A stretch of 63,614 nucleotides of DNA, the filler included, from Conidiobolus incongruus B7586 (Eukaryota): NCBI GenBank assembly GCA_000697335.1. It is 21 parts of 21 records of this genome, joined end to end, with 100 filler letters (N's around TTAATTAATTAA, not from the genome) between each part and the next. Parts side by side here need not be neighbours in the genome. Positions count along the whole stretch, not along the records: positions 36,913 to 44,871 come from JNEM01004198.1; positions 44,972 to 51,024 come from JNEM01004201.1; positions 51,125 to 56,615 come from JNEM01004206.1; 18 more parts are not named here. One strand, written 5' to 3'. The translations under genes were made by a program, and so were the position numbers. The notes below the pieces were generated by a model. It saw only the letters and a program-made list of their open reading frames with translations, had not been told where the DNA came from and did not search any database. Position 1 is the first letter of the stretch. Every line of letters begins with the position of its first letter. Of the stretch, positions 41,393 through 54,350 are shown piece by piece.

Positions 41393-44300
41393 TGTAAACT
41401 ATTTTGTATAAATAAAATCAAGAATTTGTAAATTCAACCTATATTTAATAAAATGACCAGGTTCATAATTTTATAAGTACTGTGAAATACAAATATGTCA
41501 TAGTAAGCTTAACCATTTTAAATTCAAAAATGGTATCATATTTTTAACATTAACAAAGCAATTGGTAATTTTTCTATTGATAACGTACATTGTTTTATTA
41601 TAATATTTTCAAATTTAAATAGATTTTAATAGTTTAAAGTGATTTACTGTTAAGAGGTGAAAGAATAAATCCTGCATTATTTCTATTTTAAATCTCTCGC
41701 TTTTATTAACTAAATAAACAAACAAACTATTCAATTTAATCATGAAATCCATAAATTAACCGAAAAAGATTGTTGGTTAGCTTATACATTTAAGGTAATC
41801 TAATTAAAAGTGAAAACTCAGCAACTCACTATCCACTATGAATTGTTTTTATCCAGTATTAATTACAAATAATTGATATGCAATAGGTCACATAATGTCT
41901 CATATATTAAAAAACAGTCGGAATTTTCATGATGTTATTTTACAATTATTTTACTCAATTTATAAATTTTTTTATTGAATTAACACTCTTTTCCTAGTGT
42001 TAATAGGAAATTAAATTTGAAAGATTTATAATGATTGAATATACAAAGTAATGAATATTATTATGTATTTTGTTAAAATGGTGGACTGTTTTTTGTTAAA
42101 TACGTTAATAAATCATTGTTAAGTATATGCTTTTGATTTCGTGTCATAAATTTCATATTCTTTTATAAAATGGAAATCTTATTTGAAATTATATCTAATT
42201 AAAGATGATTTTATTCAGGAATCGAAATACAATTTTTTAATTAATTATTTAATAGTTTAAGATGGAATTTTGAAATTCAATCATACAAAAATTACTAATA
42301 TTTATTCTTTTCCAGTTTTGGTGATTGTATATTTATACCAATTCATTTTGCTGTAATATATAATTTTAACTCTTAATGTTTTGTTTTATTTTATGAATCT
42401 CATATTTCTCCAGGGTCTTTTGCTTTGAATTTGATTTTGAAATGGAAAGTTGATTTTTCATGATGAATGTGGTATGCATATAAAATACATTCGGTTTATA
42501 TTAATTGTTGTATTTTGAAAATACCCCACTGTATCAATTTAATAGCTAAGTCAATATTATCCTTCATTTATAGCGGCTTTGTCAGTCCATAATTAAAGGA
42601 TACTCTTTGTTAGTATATCATTCATTGAACCAACTATTTAAGTCCAGAAGCGATAAAGATAGAAGAAAGGTTTTTCTGGATATTCTGCTACAATATCTCA
42701 ACAGTAAGTTTTAAGAGATACAGTCCCAATATGTTAAAGAGCAGGATTAATAAATATTTCATTAAATCATTTTTCGAGTACTTTTCTAAAAACAATATTT
42801 ACAAAACTTATTATAAAACACGACTTAACGTTGAATCTATATCAAATTATTTATTATAAACCATCGTGCTTGTTTATATTGATTAATATTGAATAGATTT
42901 TAAACCAAGTATGTTTTTGGATCATAAATAGATATAAATTGATTCATTTCTTAATCTTAAGTTTGAGCAATACCAGTTTTTTAATCTTTGATAATAAATA
43001 TAATGTTTTGAAAATAAGGGCTATATATTAAAATTAGTTTTACAAAATTATCATATATATATATATGGAGTTTTTGTAACCTTATTAAAAAGAACAATCT
43101 TAATTAATATCAGATTACAATCATATTATATTAATTAAACAATTAAAAATAATATTATATTTGAGATTATGCTTGTTAAATATTTAATTATTATTAATAA
43201 TATAAAAACTCTTATAAAAATAAAGAATAGGAAAATCAAATTATATTTTATTATATTAAATATTAAGCATATAATATTAATATTATTTTACAACAAGATA
43301 TTTATAATCTTAATAAATAATAACTATATTATTATTATTATTATTATTAAAAATTAAATATATAATGATTTAATAAAATTTTATATACTTTGAATAATTT
43401 ATAAAAATTAAAATAATATAAATTAAAATTAAATATTTATCATTAATATTGTTTAATTATAATAATATTCTCTAAATATTATTTAATTAATATTATTAAG
43501 TAGTTATATTAAATATTAAATTTAATGTCAAATATTATTCAATTCAATATATATATATAAATACTATTTTTTATTGATTATAATAAAAATGATATTAAAA
43601 TATTTTTCTTATTCAATATATAATGTCAAACTTATTTTATTAAGGTAAATTTTATATTAAATATACAAAATAATTGAAATATTTATAAAAATTTAATTAT
43701 TCAAAATATATATTATATAATAATATAATAATTATTTAAATAATAATATATTTATTATAATATAAAACACTATCTGTAAACATCATTTTAATTTAAAATA
43801 TTTATATATAATAATTTAAATTATAAATAATATTGATATATAGTATCTAATGATTATGTTAATTTGAAAATATTGAAAACAATAATATTTATTAATCAAA
43901 ACAAGATCCTATTTTCTAAATAAAAATTATTATAATTAATAATGATGGGAAATATTCTTGTCAATCACTCAGGAAACTGCGATTACCACACTGAATCAAG
44001 AAGTCATATTGGAGAACTCCCGTTTCCTGAACACTAATATAATATTATCACGAACGAACTAATAAACGCATCTCTTTTATCTTCATTTCAAAAGTATCCA
44101 GTCTCTATGTCTTTCTCGTAACCCTCAAAAAACTGTTGAGTCGTGACGAGTGTGAGATATTTGCTTTACTCAAAGAACCTGATTAAGAGTAAGCCATTTC
44201 CACCTCATTTGGTGAACCTTATTAATTTCCCTTAACTCTGTGGTAACCTGTCGTTTACCACTGGCGTTTCCCCGCTTAAGCTCTAAAAGTCTACTTCCTC

Positions 44301-46810
44301 CCACAATTACGGTAGTCAATTATATTATTTATAAATTTTATTAAAATAAATTTCAATTAGAAATTTAGTATGTATCAATTGACATAATATCAAATAACAA
44401 ATATCAAATATAAAATAATTTTAAACATAGCTATTTTAATATTTCTTACATCGTTTTTTATAACTTTTTAGTTAAATTATATTACAAGATTAAATTTTTT
44501 ATTATCCTTTAACGATTGTTATATTATTAATTCAAATTGCTTTCAAGTTGTATATAATATATAATTAATTCTGTATTTATAAAGTTTTATATCTATAATT
44601 AATATATCAATTATTGTCATAAAAATAAGTATATATATTTCATATATATATTTTCATTTATAATCTTAAATAAATTCATAATAAATTATTTCTAATAATA
44701 TTAATTCTATTCATAACACTATATATCAATGAATTATTTTACTTATATTATTATGATTATATGTTATTTTTATTTATTTATATTAATTAGTTTATATCAT
44801 AAATATTTGTTAATATTAAATATTATTTTTTACTATACTATTCATTATATTAAATTAATGTTATATATTTANNNNNNNNNNNNNNNNNNNNNNNNNNNNN
44901 NNNNNNNNNNNNNNNTTAATTAATTAANNNNNNNNNNNNNNNNNNNNNNNNNNNNNNNNNNNNNNNNNNNNAATTAATTTTTAAAATTATATTTGGTATA
45001 TTAAAATAAAAGATATAAGTTTATATATATTATAATTTATTATTATATTTATTTATAACTTAAACTTATTGGTTAATATAATGTATATCAACTTAATTAA
45101 AAAATGAATAGAATTATTTTAAATTATAATAATTGATTTGATAAACAAAGTTAATATTTAATTATATATTGTTATATATATTTATTTTTGAAATTTATTT
45201 CAAAATAATAAAAAAAATTATAATATTTAAACATAATATGGTTAATAAAGTTATTAAACTACTTTATCATCTATATATATAACTTATCAAGATTGAAAAA
45301 GCGATATATAATAAAATATTAATTATATCATATTTTAATATCAATTTTATATCCAACCCCTTGATTTTTTCAAATATCATGAATAATGCTTTGAAAAAAT
45401 AATATTGCTATATATCCTTCTATATAATACTAATACTAAAATGATTTAAAAATTAATAAATAAAATATATTAGTTTGAATATATTTGTATAAAATTAATA
45501 TTTGATCAAATTATATATAATATTTATATCAATTTTATTAATAAAATAATACAGAGCAAAATTAAATATTATATAATCTGGATATTAGAAATTAAATAAT
45601 ATGATTAAGATAATGATTGCTTCAATACTGTTAAGATATATCATAAATAATAAATAATATATTATAAATTAATGTTTTATAATTCTTATATCATTTATTA
45701 AGGATTCAAGGTAGCCATAATTAAACAGGTTAGTTATTTTTAATTCGATATTTTACATCTTATTAAATAAATAATTAATAATTTGATACTTATTCTTCGA
45801 TTTGAAATTATAATATCCTGCAAAATTATAATTGATATTCATTAATTGAATTTATTTTGAATATAATATTTTGAGAGGTTATAATTATTATTATTTAATT
45901 TAATATTACTTAATTAGGGTATTGTAACCTTATTTATTTCTAGAATTTATGCATATTCAATTATTTTGTACTTTGTAGGAAAAATTTTTTAAATAAATAA
46001 TTTTTGATATAATTTACTCAGCTTAATAATGCCAATCAATTGGTATATTTGATTGGTTTGATTGAATATTGTATACTAGGCTTTTTGTTTCATCACTTTA
46101 TGAATTTTTTCAAAAACTAAAATACATATTATCATTTTAACAACCAACTAGTTAAATTATTAAGATTGAAAGGTAGTGTTCAATAAAGAGACGTGATTGG
46201 TTGAAGTTTTTAAGAATACGTCATGTTGCTAATGATTTGGGTAATACTGAAAGAAAATCCCACAATTCCAAAATTAAAGTAATTCAACAACATCACAAAT
46301 TATAAAATTGGATAAAATTTGAAAAGTCTAAAGTTAACAAAACAAATATACAGAGAAAAAACTATATATTCAATCATATATATTTATTCAATTTTAAAAA
46401 ATTAATTAAATATATATCAATATAATATATCTAAATTCAATTACCAGCTTTTATAAACGCTAATTTCAATTCACTTATATAAGCGCAAAGTTCAGTACTT
46501 TATATTGGGGCAAAATTACTTGTTAATATTTAATTTATTTAATTGAAAATCTAAAATTCTTTTTTTATTTTTTAATTCTCTCTCATAGATTTTTATTCCT
46601 TCAACTTGAGAAATTATAAGTTGAATTTCAGCTAATTTATTATCGTTATATTGAATTGAATTCTTTTAACTGGTGCTTCAATTCTTCAACTGCCAATCGC
46701 TCTATTATCCAATTTTAAGAGGTTACTATATTTTAATTTAATCGGTGCACGAATATTATCACCTTTCCATCTGTATTAAATCTACCCTTCATAATTAACT
46801 TTTAAGACCA

Positions 46811-47666
46811 ATGGCTTCAACTACATCCGCTCCAGTTGTTAACGAAAATCAAGAAATTGATCAATCCTCCACTTCCACTCCCGTCGTAGAATCTACGGAA
46901 AATCTCAATGTCCCTACTCCCACCACCACTGAAGGAGACAATCAAATTGAAAATTTTGCTGTGAAACATCCTTTACATCACGCTTGGACTTTTTGGTACG
47001 ATACGCCCGGTAAAAAGAAGAACCAACAAAGTTGGAGTAAAAGCTTAAAGGAACTTATTACTGTTACCACCGTCGAAGATTTCTGGGGGTAATATTTCAA
47101 TTTATCATAGTATAAATCCAATAATTAATTTTATTTCTCTTTAGTGTATATAATAATATTGTTAAGGCTTCCGAACTTGCCAACGGAGGTAATTATCACT
47201 TCTTCCGTCAAGGTATTAAACCCGAATGGGAAGATCCCGCTAATGCTAAAGGTGGTGGCTGGAAAGTTCAATTCCACAAACGTTCTGCTATTGATATTGA
47301 TGAAACTTGGTTATATGCTGTAATAGGTCTAATCTCTTTTTGACAATAATTTTATTAATAATGCTTCTCTTTTTTATAGTTACTAGCATGTATCGGTGAA
47401 GCTTTCCAAGAAGAAGATGAAATTTGTGGTATCGTATTTAGTACGAGACGTGAATTTTTCAGAATATCCCTATGGACTCGTACATCCAATATTAGAGAAG
47501 TTGCTGAATCTATTGGGTAAGTTATCTACCTATAACTCTTTTCTTCATTCAATTACTAACACATATAATTAGTAAACAATTCAAATCAAGTTTAAATACT
47601 AACGAAAAGTTTGAATTTACACCTCATCACGATTCCGATGATAAAAATATGTATTTCAGTATTTAA
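46811..47666 (+). CDS. eIF4E: Translation initiation factor eIF4E, 227 aa, 4 exons (46811-47088, 47145-47319, 47380-47516, 47573-47666)
   Basis: KHPLHHAWTFWYD, TVEDFWG, YHFFRQGIKPEWEDPANAKGGGW, LACIGE, RISLWT; GT-AG introns, TACTAAC branch point in intron 3. Confidence 0.97.
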
Positions 47667-48034
47667 ATGCAACTAAAATCCCTTCTATTACAAATTTTTT
47701 ACAATTTTTTATTTTTAAAGATATAATCTTACATTCACCTCTTATATAGATTTTTTTTGATACACAAATTTCATTTTTGATTATATGTTTTATATATTTT
47801 CATTAATATTATTTTGTCTCCTATTTATTTATAAATTTTCATAATTATTGTTAATACTAGTATTCTTATATTTTGTTTTATAAATATCTAAAATAAATAA
47901 AATAATTTATCTGACTTAAATTAATAATAAATAAAATTTTAAAATTTATAAATTTATTTTATTATTGATTTTTGATAGTTTATTAGACTTTTTTATGATT
48001 AATTAGATTTATTTTATCTAATCTACAAATTTAA

Positions 48035-49192
48035 TTAATTATTAATTATTTGAAATAGTGTACTAGTATAGAGTGTTCTATTATCATTATGCAAGAAATC
48101 ATAACATACTACATGAATGCCAGCTTTTAATTCCGTTTCGCGGTTTAGAGAAAGGAGCAATATTTGAATGGGATGATTTGGAGGTCGTCGCCAATCAATG
48201 TTAGCGTTATCCGTTACTTTGCCTTCGCAGAGCCAGCCGTTTGGCAAGGGTGAAACCTGTGTAAGGTGAATATGTACACGTTTGTAGTAAAATTTATGGA
48301 CTTCTTGGTGCAGTTTGTGGACTTTGAAGACATTTAAATTGGATTGGTATTTGTCCAGCGTCTGATCGAATTTTGCTTCGAGAGGACCCACACGTTTGGA
48401 TTGTAGAACTTTTTGAGGCTGTTGAAGAGATGTCTGTTTTGGCAGATATAATTTTAGACGTTTGGGATTTAATAAATAGAGATCTTCATGTACCAGTTGA
48501 AATTCCTTCTTAGATTGCTGCTGTTTGCTAGTCAATGGCGGTGTTATTTCAGCGGTATTTTGAACCCTTTTCTTGAGATTCGTAAATTCAAAGCGATCGG
48601 ATTCAGATTCCGATATATTCTGTTTCTTAATCTCTGGCTCTTTTTCAAATTCTACGCATGATATATGCAATACCTTTTGAATTTCAAAATCTTTCTGACT
48701 TGTTTGTTCAAGCTCAGTCCGAATTAACTGGTAATCTTTTTCCTTGAGATGATTATTATTGCTGTTAAATTTCGTATACTTCAAATCATGCTGTTTCATA
48801 TTATTAACTTTGATTTTAGTGGACGATATTAGTTGATGAGAATGCGTAATGGGGCTCTCACAAGGAACAGTATTATGAGAGTAAGCTATGGTGCTATTCT
48901 CAAGTTCGGATAAATCTTTCGTTGGGGAAAAATGCTTCGAGGAGAATTTACCAGGTGAATTAAATCGCATTGCATTTCTAGTGTTCGGGGGAGAGTGGTT
49001 CCCATTAAAAGTATATGTGGTTTGCTTATTTTCTAAAGGAGTGATACTTTGAGCAGTACTATTCAAGAATTCATCATCACTCTCAGTCTCAATCGGGTCA
49101 CTCATCATCAAATTGTTATGAAATTGTGGTATTGGGGTTGTAGATGGAGGACTTGAAGAATCTTCAATATCATCACTAAGTTGATAGTACAT
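48035..49192 (-). CDS. Unknown 385-aa protein, disordered S/T/P-rich N-terminus and a compact beta-rich C-terminal domain
   Basis: Long intact ORF with coding-like GC, convergent with eIF4E. Confidence 0.85.
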   Translation of the reverse strand: MYYQLSDDIEDSSSPPSTTPIPQFHNNLMMSDPIETESDDEFLNSTAQSITPLENKQTTYTFNGNHSPPNTRNAMRFNSPGKFSSKHFSPTKDLSELENSTIAYSHNTVPCESPITHSHQLISSTKIKVNNMKQHDLKYTKFNSNNNHLKEKDYQLIRTELEQTSQKDFEIQKVLHISCVEFEKEPEIKKQNISESESDRFEFTNLKKRVQNTAEITPPLTSKQQQSKKEFQLVHEDLYLLNPKRLKLYLPKQTSLQQPQKVLQSKRVGPLEAKFDQTLDKYQSNLNVFKVHKLHQEVHKFYYKRVHIHLTQVSPLPNGWLCEGKVTDNANIDWRRPPNHPIQILLLSLNRETELKAGIHVVCYDFLHNDNRTLYTSTLFQIINN

Positions 49193-50299
49193 ATTTTAAA
49201 TATTAAAAATTTGAACGTAAATTATAAAATAGCATATACGACTTCATATTCTATTAAAAATACCACCCTACTCTCTTTGTATACCTATTCACGCTTGACC
49301 CTTTTTACCATTCAATATTTAATTCAGAATATTCAATCTATTTTATGGGATAAATTTAATTAATAATAATATAATTTAAGTATCAATTTGAATTTCGATT
49401 TGTCATATTTACCATATGATTCAAATTCGTGTTTCGAATTAACCAATCAAAATTTAGTTGATCTAGGTAAAGATTTAAAGACACAATTTCAATAAATTTT
49501 TGACAACTCAATAATGAATTGTGAAAAATATATTTAATCTCATAAACTTGAATATAGTTAGTCATCAATAATTTGAAATGTGTATAAATTTAAAAATATA
49601 TTTTAAAAATTTCAAAATCATTTTCATTTGTAAATCAGATGTATTATTTAGAATGATTACTGCAATAAGGAATCAATTGGAATAATAAAATATAAAATCA
49701 AGATATTAAACCCATTTAAATACTTTGATGTTGTTAACAAAATACTATTTCAAATTTTGAATAATTAGAAAAATATCTTAATTGAATAGTCTTGTCTCGA
49801 GTTTCAATGAACAAAATGTTATTTCTACTGTAACATTTGGTTTAATAAAATTTGAATCACATCAAAATTTTGTAATCAAGCTTTTTGAATATCTAAGGTA
49901 TTTTAAATATTAATAAAAGTTAAATATTTCAAATATTTTGATTTTACTAATTTTAAAATTTGATTATTCTTATAATTGTAAAAAATATTGAATAATGATC
50001 ACTAAATAGCCAATTAATTGACTTTTAATAATTTAAGTAATTTTACAAATTAGGATTTATTTGAAATTTGATTATCGAATTGATTAATTGAAAATTAAAA
50101 GTTAATCCATTTAACTTAAAATATTCAAATATATTAAAATTTAATATTACGTCTTCAGATTAATTATTCATATATTAATAATCAATTACTAGACAGCCGA
50201 TTAAGAACCGTAATTATTTTTAATAAGTTTAATGGCAATTATAATATATGTCAGTTACACTTGGATCATCATTGGGTTAATGAATATTTCTTTAATACA

Positions 50300-50620
50300 A
50301 TACACATGGATGAGTGATTGTAGATAAAATCAATACAGCTTATATTAGAGTATTTGCAAGGTTTGGTGTTTTGGATTAGACCAAGACTTATTCTTGCTAA
50401 TGTTCAGAACCGTCATAGTACATTCAAAATCATAAAGTATTTGAATATGTATGAAATTGTTGTACTCAACAAAGATAATTCAGTTCTCAATCTGAAAGAA
50501 TAGAAGACACCATTAATAAGTATCCTGGTGAAGGTATATCAGTTGGTTGTAGATATCATTATATGACAACATTGCCACCCACCAGGATACTTGGGGACAT
50601 TTGACTCAGATGGCCAAGCA
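50300..50620 (+). pseudogene. Possible glycoside hydrolase family 3 relic
   Basis: Broken frames give DKINTAYIRVFARFGVLD and NVQNRHSTFKIIKYLNMYEIVVLNKDNSVLNLK, recalling GH3 RIDDAVRRIL...H..L......IVLLKN...LPL; by-eye only. Confidence 0.3.
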
Positions 50621-50704
50621 ATTTTTAATATGGCTTAATTGTTATCTAGTTTCCTTTTTTAATTATTTGAAATATAACCAACTGTTTTGTTCTTTTCAAC
50701 CATT

Positions 50705-51450
50705 TTATTATCTTAAATTTGAAATAATGGGAAATTTTTTGATTTCTAATTTTTCAAATATATCATTAATTTTAAAAAACAAATATATACAAAATAAATA
50801 ACAAATTATATAGTTTTAAATTATTTATATATATATAATAACTCTTTTGATTAAAAAATAAATTTTTTAAAATTGGTTATTTAATTTAATTATATTTAAA
50901 TTATATTATAATGATTAATAGTTTTTTATTTTGGTATTAATGATACTTAACCATGAATTATCTAAGATTATTTAAAATTTACAAGTAATTTTTATTATTG
51001 AAGTATTATTTAAATTAACAATTTNNNNNNNNNNNNNNNNNNNNNNNNNNNNNNNNNNNNNNNNNNNNTTAATTAATTAANNNNNNNNNNNNNNNNNNNN
51101 NNNNNNNNNNNNNNNNNNNNNNNNTTTATAAAAAAATTAAAAAAAACATTTATACTAATATATTTTGAAAATTATAACTTATATAATTATAATTATTTTT
51201 TATTTATCAATTTATTTATAAGAAAAAAACTATTTTAAATTAATTTAATTAATTTAAAAAATATTAGATCTTAGCTTTAAATAAAAAAAGCTTTTTGTAA
51301 ATATTAAAGCTTAATAAAAAATAACAAAAAGTGATTAATTATAATAAAATTATTATTAATATTATATTTATTGATTTTATTATTTTTCATATTAATAATT
51401 AATTTATGAAAAAATATTATTATTATTATTATTTAATTTCTGATATTATA
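50705..51450 (+). mobile_element. Mariner A copy spanning a gap (5' part 50705-51024, 3' part 51125-~51450)
   Basis: 5' part matches 12471-12770; the part after the gap has the YNLYNYNYF relic in the same orientation. Confidence 0.75.
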
Positions 51451-52682
51451 ATATTGGTTTATTATATTTAAAATTTTATTAAAATTATAAGTCAAAGTAA
51501 TTTATAATAAAAGAATCATAATATGAATATTAAAAGCCAAAACATTGGTAAGTAACATTATTAAATGCTTAAATAATCATTGTCTAATAATATTTAAATT
51601 ATCATTAGAAACTCTAGATAATATGTTACCATTGTTCATTCTAATATATTATTGAGGATGATATCTTTATAAAAATATAAACTTAGTATATCAATAAATC
51701 TTAATTTCCAAATTAACTTTAATATTGAATAAATCAAATTAATTAAGATCTTATAAAAAAAATTAAATATATTTATATATAATTTATTATGCAATCATTT
51801 TTTGGATGGAATGATTATAAATATAATAATGAGGTATGGGAATCAATTAAATTAATTGATTAGATATTATTGATATAAAAATTAATATAATTTTTGAGAA
51901 ACTATGATATATCTTAAAATTTGGATTTGTAAAATATAAAGTTAATTAATAATGCAAATTAAAACTGACTTTATTTTTTACAAACTTTTTCATAATTAGT
52001 TTTTTCAAATTATGATAAAATATTCCCTATTTAATTATCATATAATATTTTTTTATAATAAAAAATTATATAATTTAAATGAATTTTATAATAAAATCAT
52101 ATAAAATTTGCAATTAAATTTAACTTGATTGTTATATAATAAATTTGTATAATATATCCAAAAATACTTATACTAATCAAAACAAGTTAAAAAAATTATA
52201 ATCTTTATCATATATTAACCAAAAATTTATTCTATTGAATAAATTTGACTATTACAAAAATAAAATTAATTTTTAAAATTGATGAAATTTGTTGAATTTA
52301 ATTTTGAAGAATAGAATTTAATTTAACAGTTATAATTAAAATTTAAAATTATTTTAAAATTTAATACAAATTATCCATAATACATCGCTAATTTTTGAAA
52401 TTATATTTAGTTATTAATAAAAAATTCCAAATATTAAATAAATTTAATAAAATAAATGAATAATCAATGACTAAGATAAATATTACTTTGAATAAACAGA
52501 ATAAATTGAAATAATAAAACATAATACCACAATCAAGCAATTTTAAATTCTATTGAATTAATTAGAAAAATTACTGGAACACCAGTATCCATTTTATCAA
52601 TTGGATTTGATCTCATTCTCAATTAATTCATAAGCCTAAAAAATCAAAAATTAACATATAATCTATAATTAATTAAGTAATA

Positions 52683-54350
52683 TTAAATTACATTTTGTAA
52701 TGAATTGAAATATTCAGCGACCATTTTAGTGAAAAAGTGTTTAGGTTTAAATATTCCTTCCCAAAATCCTAAATGACCTCCAATATTGGAAGTAACCAGC
52801 ATGAGGTATGGATTACATCTAAAGTGTGTAAAGGTTAATTGATGTATATTTTGATATATATATTCACGGTTACTTGATTTCTTCAACTGGGATAGCAGCA
52901 ACATGACTGATAGGATCGTCAGCAGCACTTAAAAATAGAGTGGGAATTTGAATAGAATAAATCCAACGATCGCTGCTATTAGCTCTGTAATACTCATTAG
53001 CTGTCTTATAGCCGAACACTTTAGCAGTAATATCATGGTCAAAATCTATAGCTGAGTCCCACTAAATTTAAGATTAATTAAAAATTGGTAATCAATCATA
53101 TATATGTATTGAATAATTACGGTAGTTTTAACTGGTTTAATCACTTTATCAAATTGATGACGATTTCTAAAATTTTAAAAATTAATATTATATAATTTAA
53201 ACCTAAATTAGATATTACCTTTTATAATATTCTGTCATTCCATATACTAAAGCAGGGGTATATATATTTCTACCTAAAAAGGTTTGGCTCAGCATTCTAT
53301 TAACGCTAATGTATTAAAGTTAGTAATTTGATATTATTTATGTATTAAATCAATTAATTACAATACGAAATCAAAAGGATTTCCAACTACGAAAGCACCT
53401 GAAAATAGACAATTTTCACCAGTTTCTCCCAAATACTAATATTTGATTAATAATTAAGGAACAGTGCTTGGATGATATATTTTACTTTGGTAAGGAGATT
53501 AGCTCCCAAAGAGAAGCCAACACCATAAAGAGGTGCATTAGGGAATTTCTTATGAATATAGTTGGTGATATAGTCAATATCGCCAGTATATCCTGAGCTA
53601 TAGAACTTGGGTGAAGTAAGCTCAGTAAGGCCACCTATTGATCTAGTTCAGTCATTAGTTAAAATATTATTATTGAAATAGCTTACATCCTCTAAAATTC
53701 ATTACAACTGAAATATAAGGTCTGGATTGTTTTTTCATATTTTGTACAATTTCTTGAATATAATGCTCTGAACTACCTAAAAATTAAAATTTTAATTAAA
53801 TTAATTATAATATTATTTGATTATAAAAATTACCTCCAGATAATCCATGAAGGATGATAATAATGGGAGTAGTTGTATTTTCTTCAGGGATTTCACTCCA
53901 ATCTAATGAAAGTTGGCCTCCATCTTCAAATTGAATCATTTCTCTGTGCGATTAGTTAGAAATGGCATTATATTCTAATAATTTAACAAGTGTCCACCTT
54001 TTATAATTGATGTTTTTAATATTTCCAACCAATGTAAAAAAACCTGTCATAAACAAACCATTTCTCAGCCAAAAGGTAGGGAAATATTTGTTCACTTGGG
54101 CTATGGAGGGACAATTTTCAAATATCCAAGTCTTCAAAGCGAAAGGTCTGATCTGGTCAGTGTGCTTTCTCAAAGATTTATTAGGGTGCGAGTTGAGTAA
54201 ATTTAATTTATCCAAATCTTCATTGTAATCCAAAGTAAATACAGCAGGTATGAATAATTCGATCACTTTAAAAATGGCCCAAGCCATACCAAGTGAATAG
54301 AAATACGGGATCAAAACTGGTGGAATATATTGTTTAATACATTTAATCAT
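52683..54350 (-). CDS. Alpha/beta hydrolase of the EHT1/EEB1/MGL2 (ABHD1-3/YheT) family, ~9 exons
   Basis: YFPTFWLRNG, DGGQLSLDW, ILHGLSGGSSEHY, MNFRGC, nucleophile GFSLGAN, SAADDP (Asp), GGHLGF (His); 8 short GT-AG introns. Confidence 0.93.

Noticed and set aside
42730..42860. YKTRLNVES as an IS4/IS5-like transposase motif
   Set aside because: Short match in a ~40-codon frame; no TIRs or other DDE residues.
44117..44130. TAACCCTC as a telomerase RNA template
   Set aside because: Does not give the expected 1.5-repeat TAACCCTAA; no other support visible.
32212..44923. Short ORFs 32212, 32656, 35865, 39785, 43169, 44729
   Set aside because: Low-complexity or motif-less, several with non-ATG starts; 44729 runs into N.
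49181..50801. ORFs 49181, 49383, 50601
   Set aside because: Promoter, intergenic or TIR-overlapping, non-ATG starts, no motifs.
35148..54228. ORFs 35148-35465, 40460-40693, 41206-41421, 54007-54228
   Set aside because: Antisense shadows of the GMC pseudogene, the GPCR and the hydrolase.
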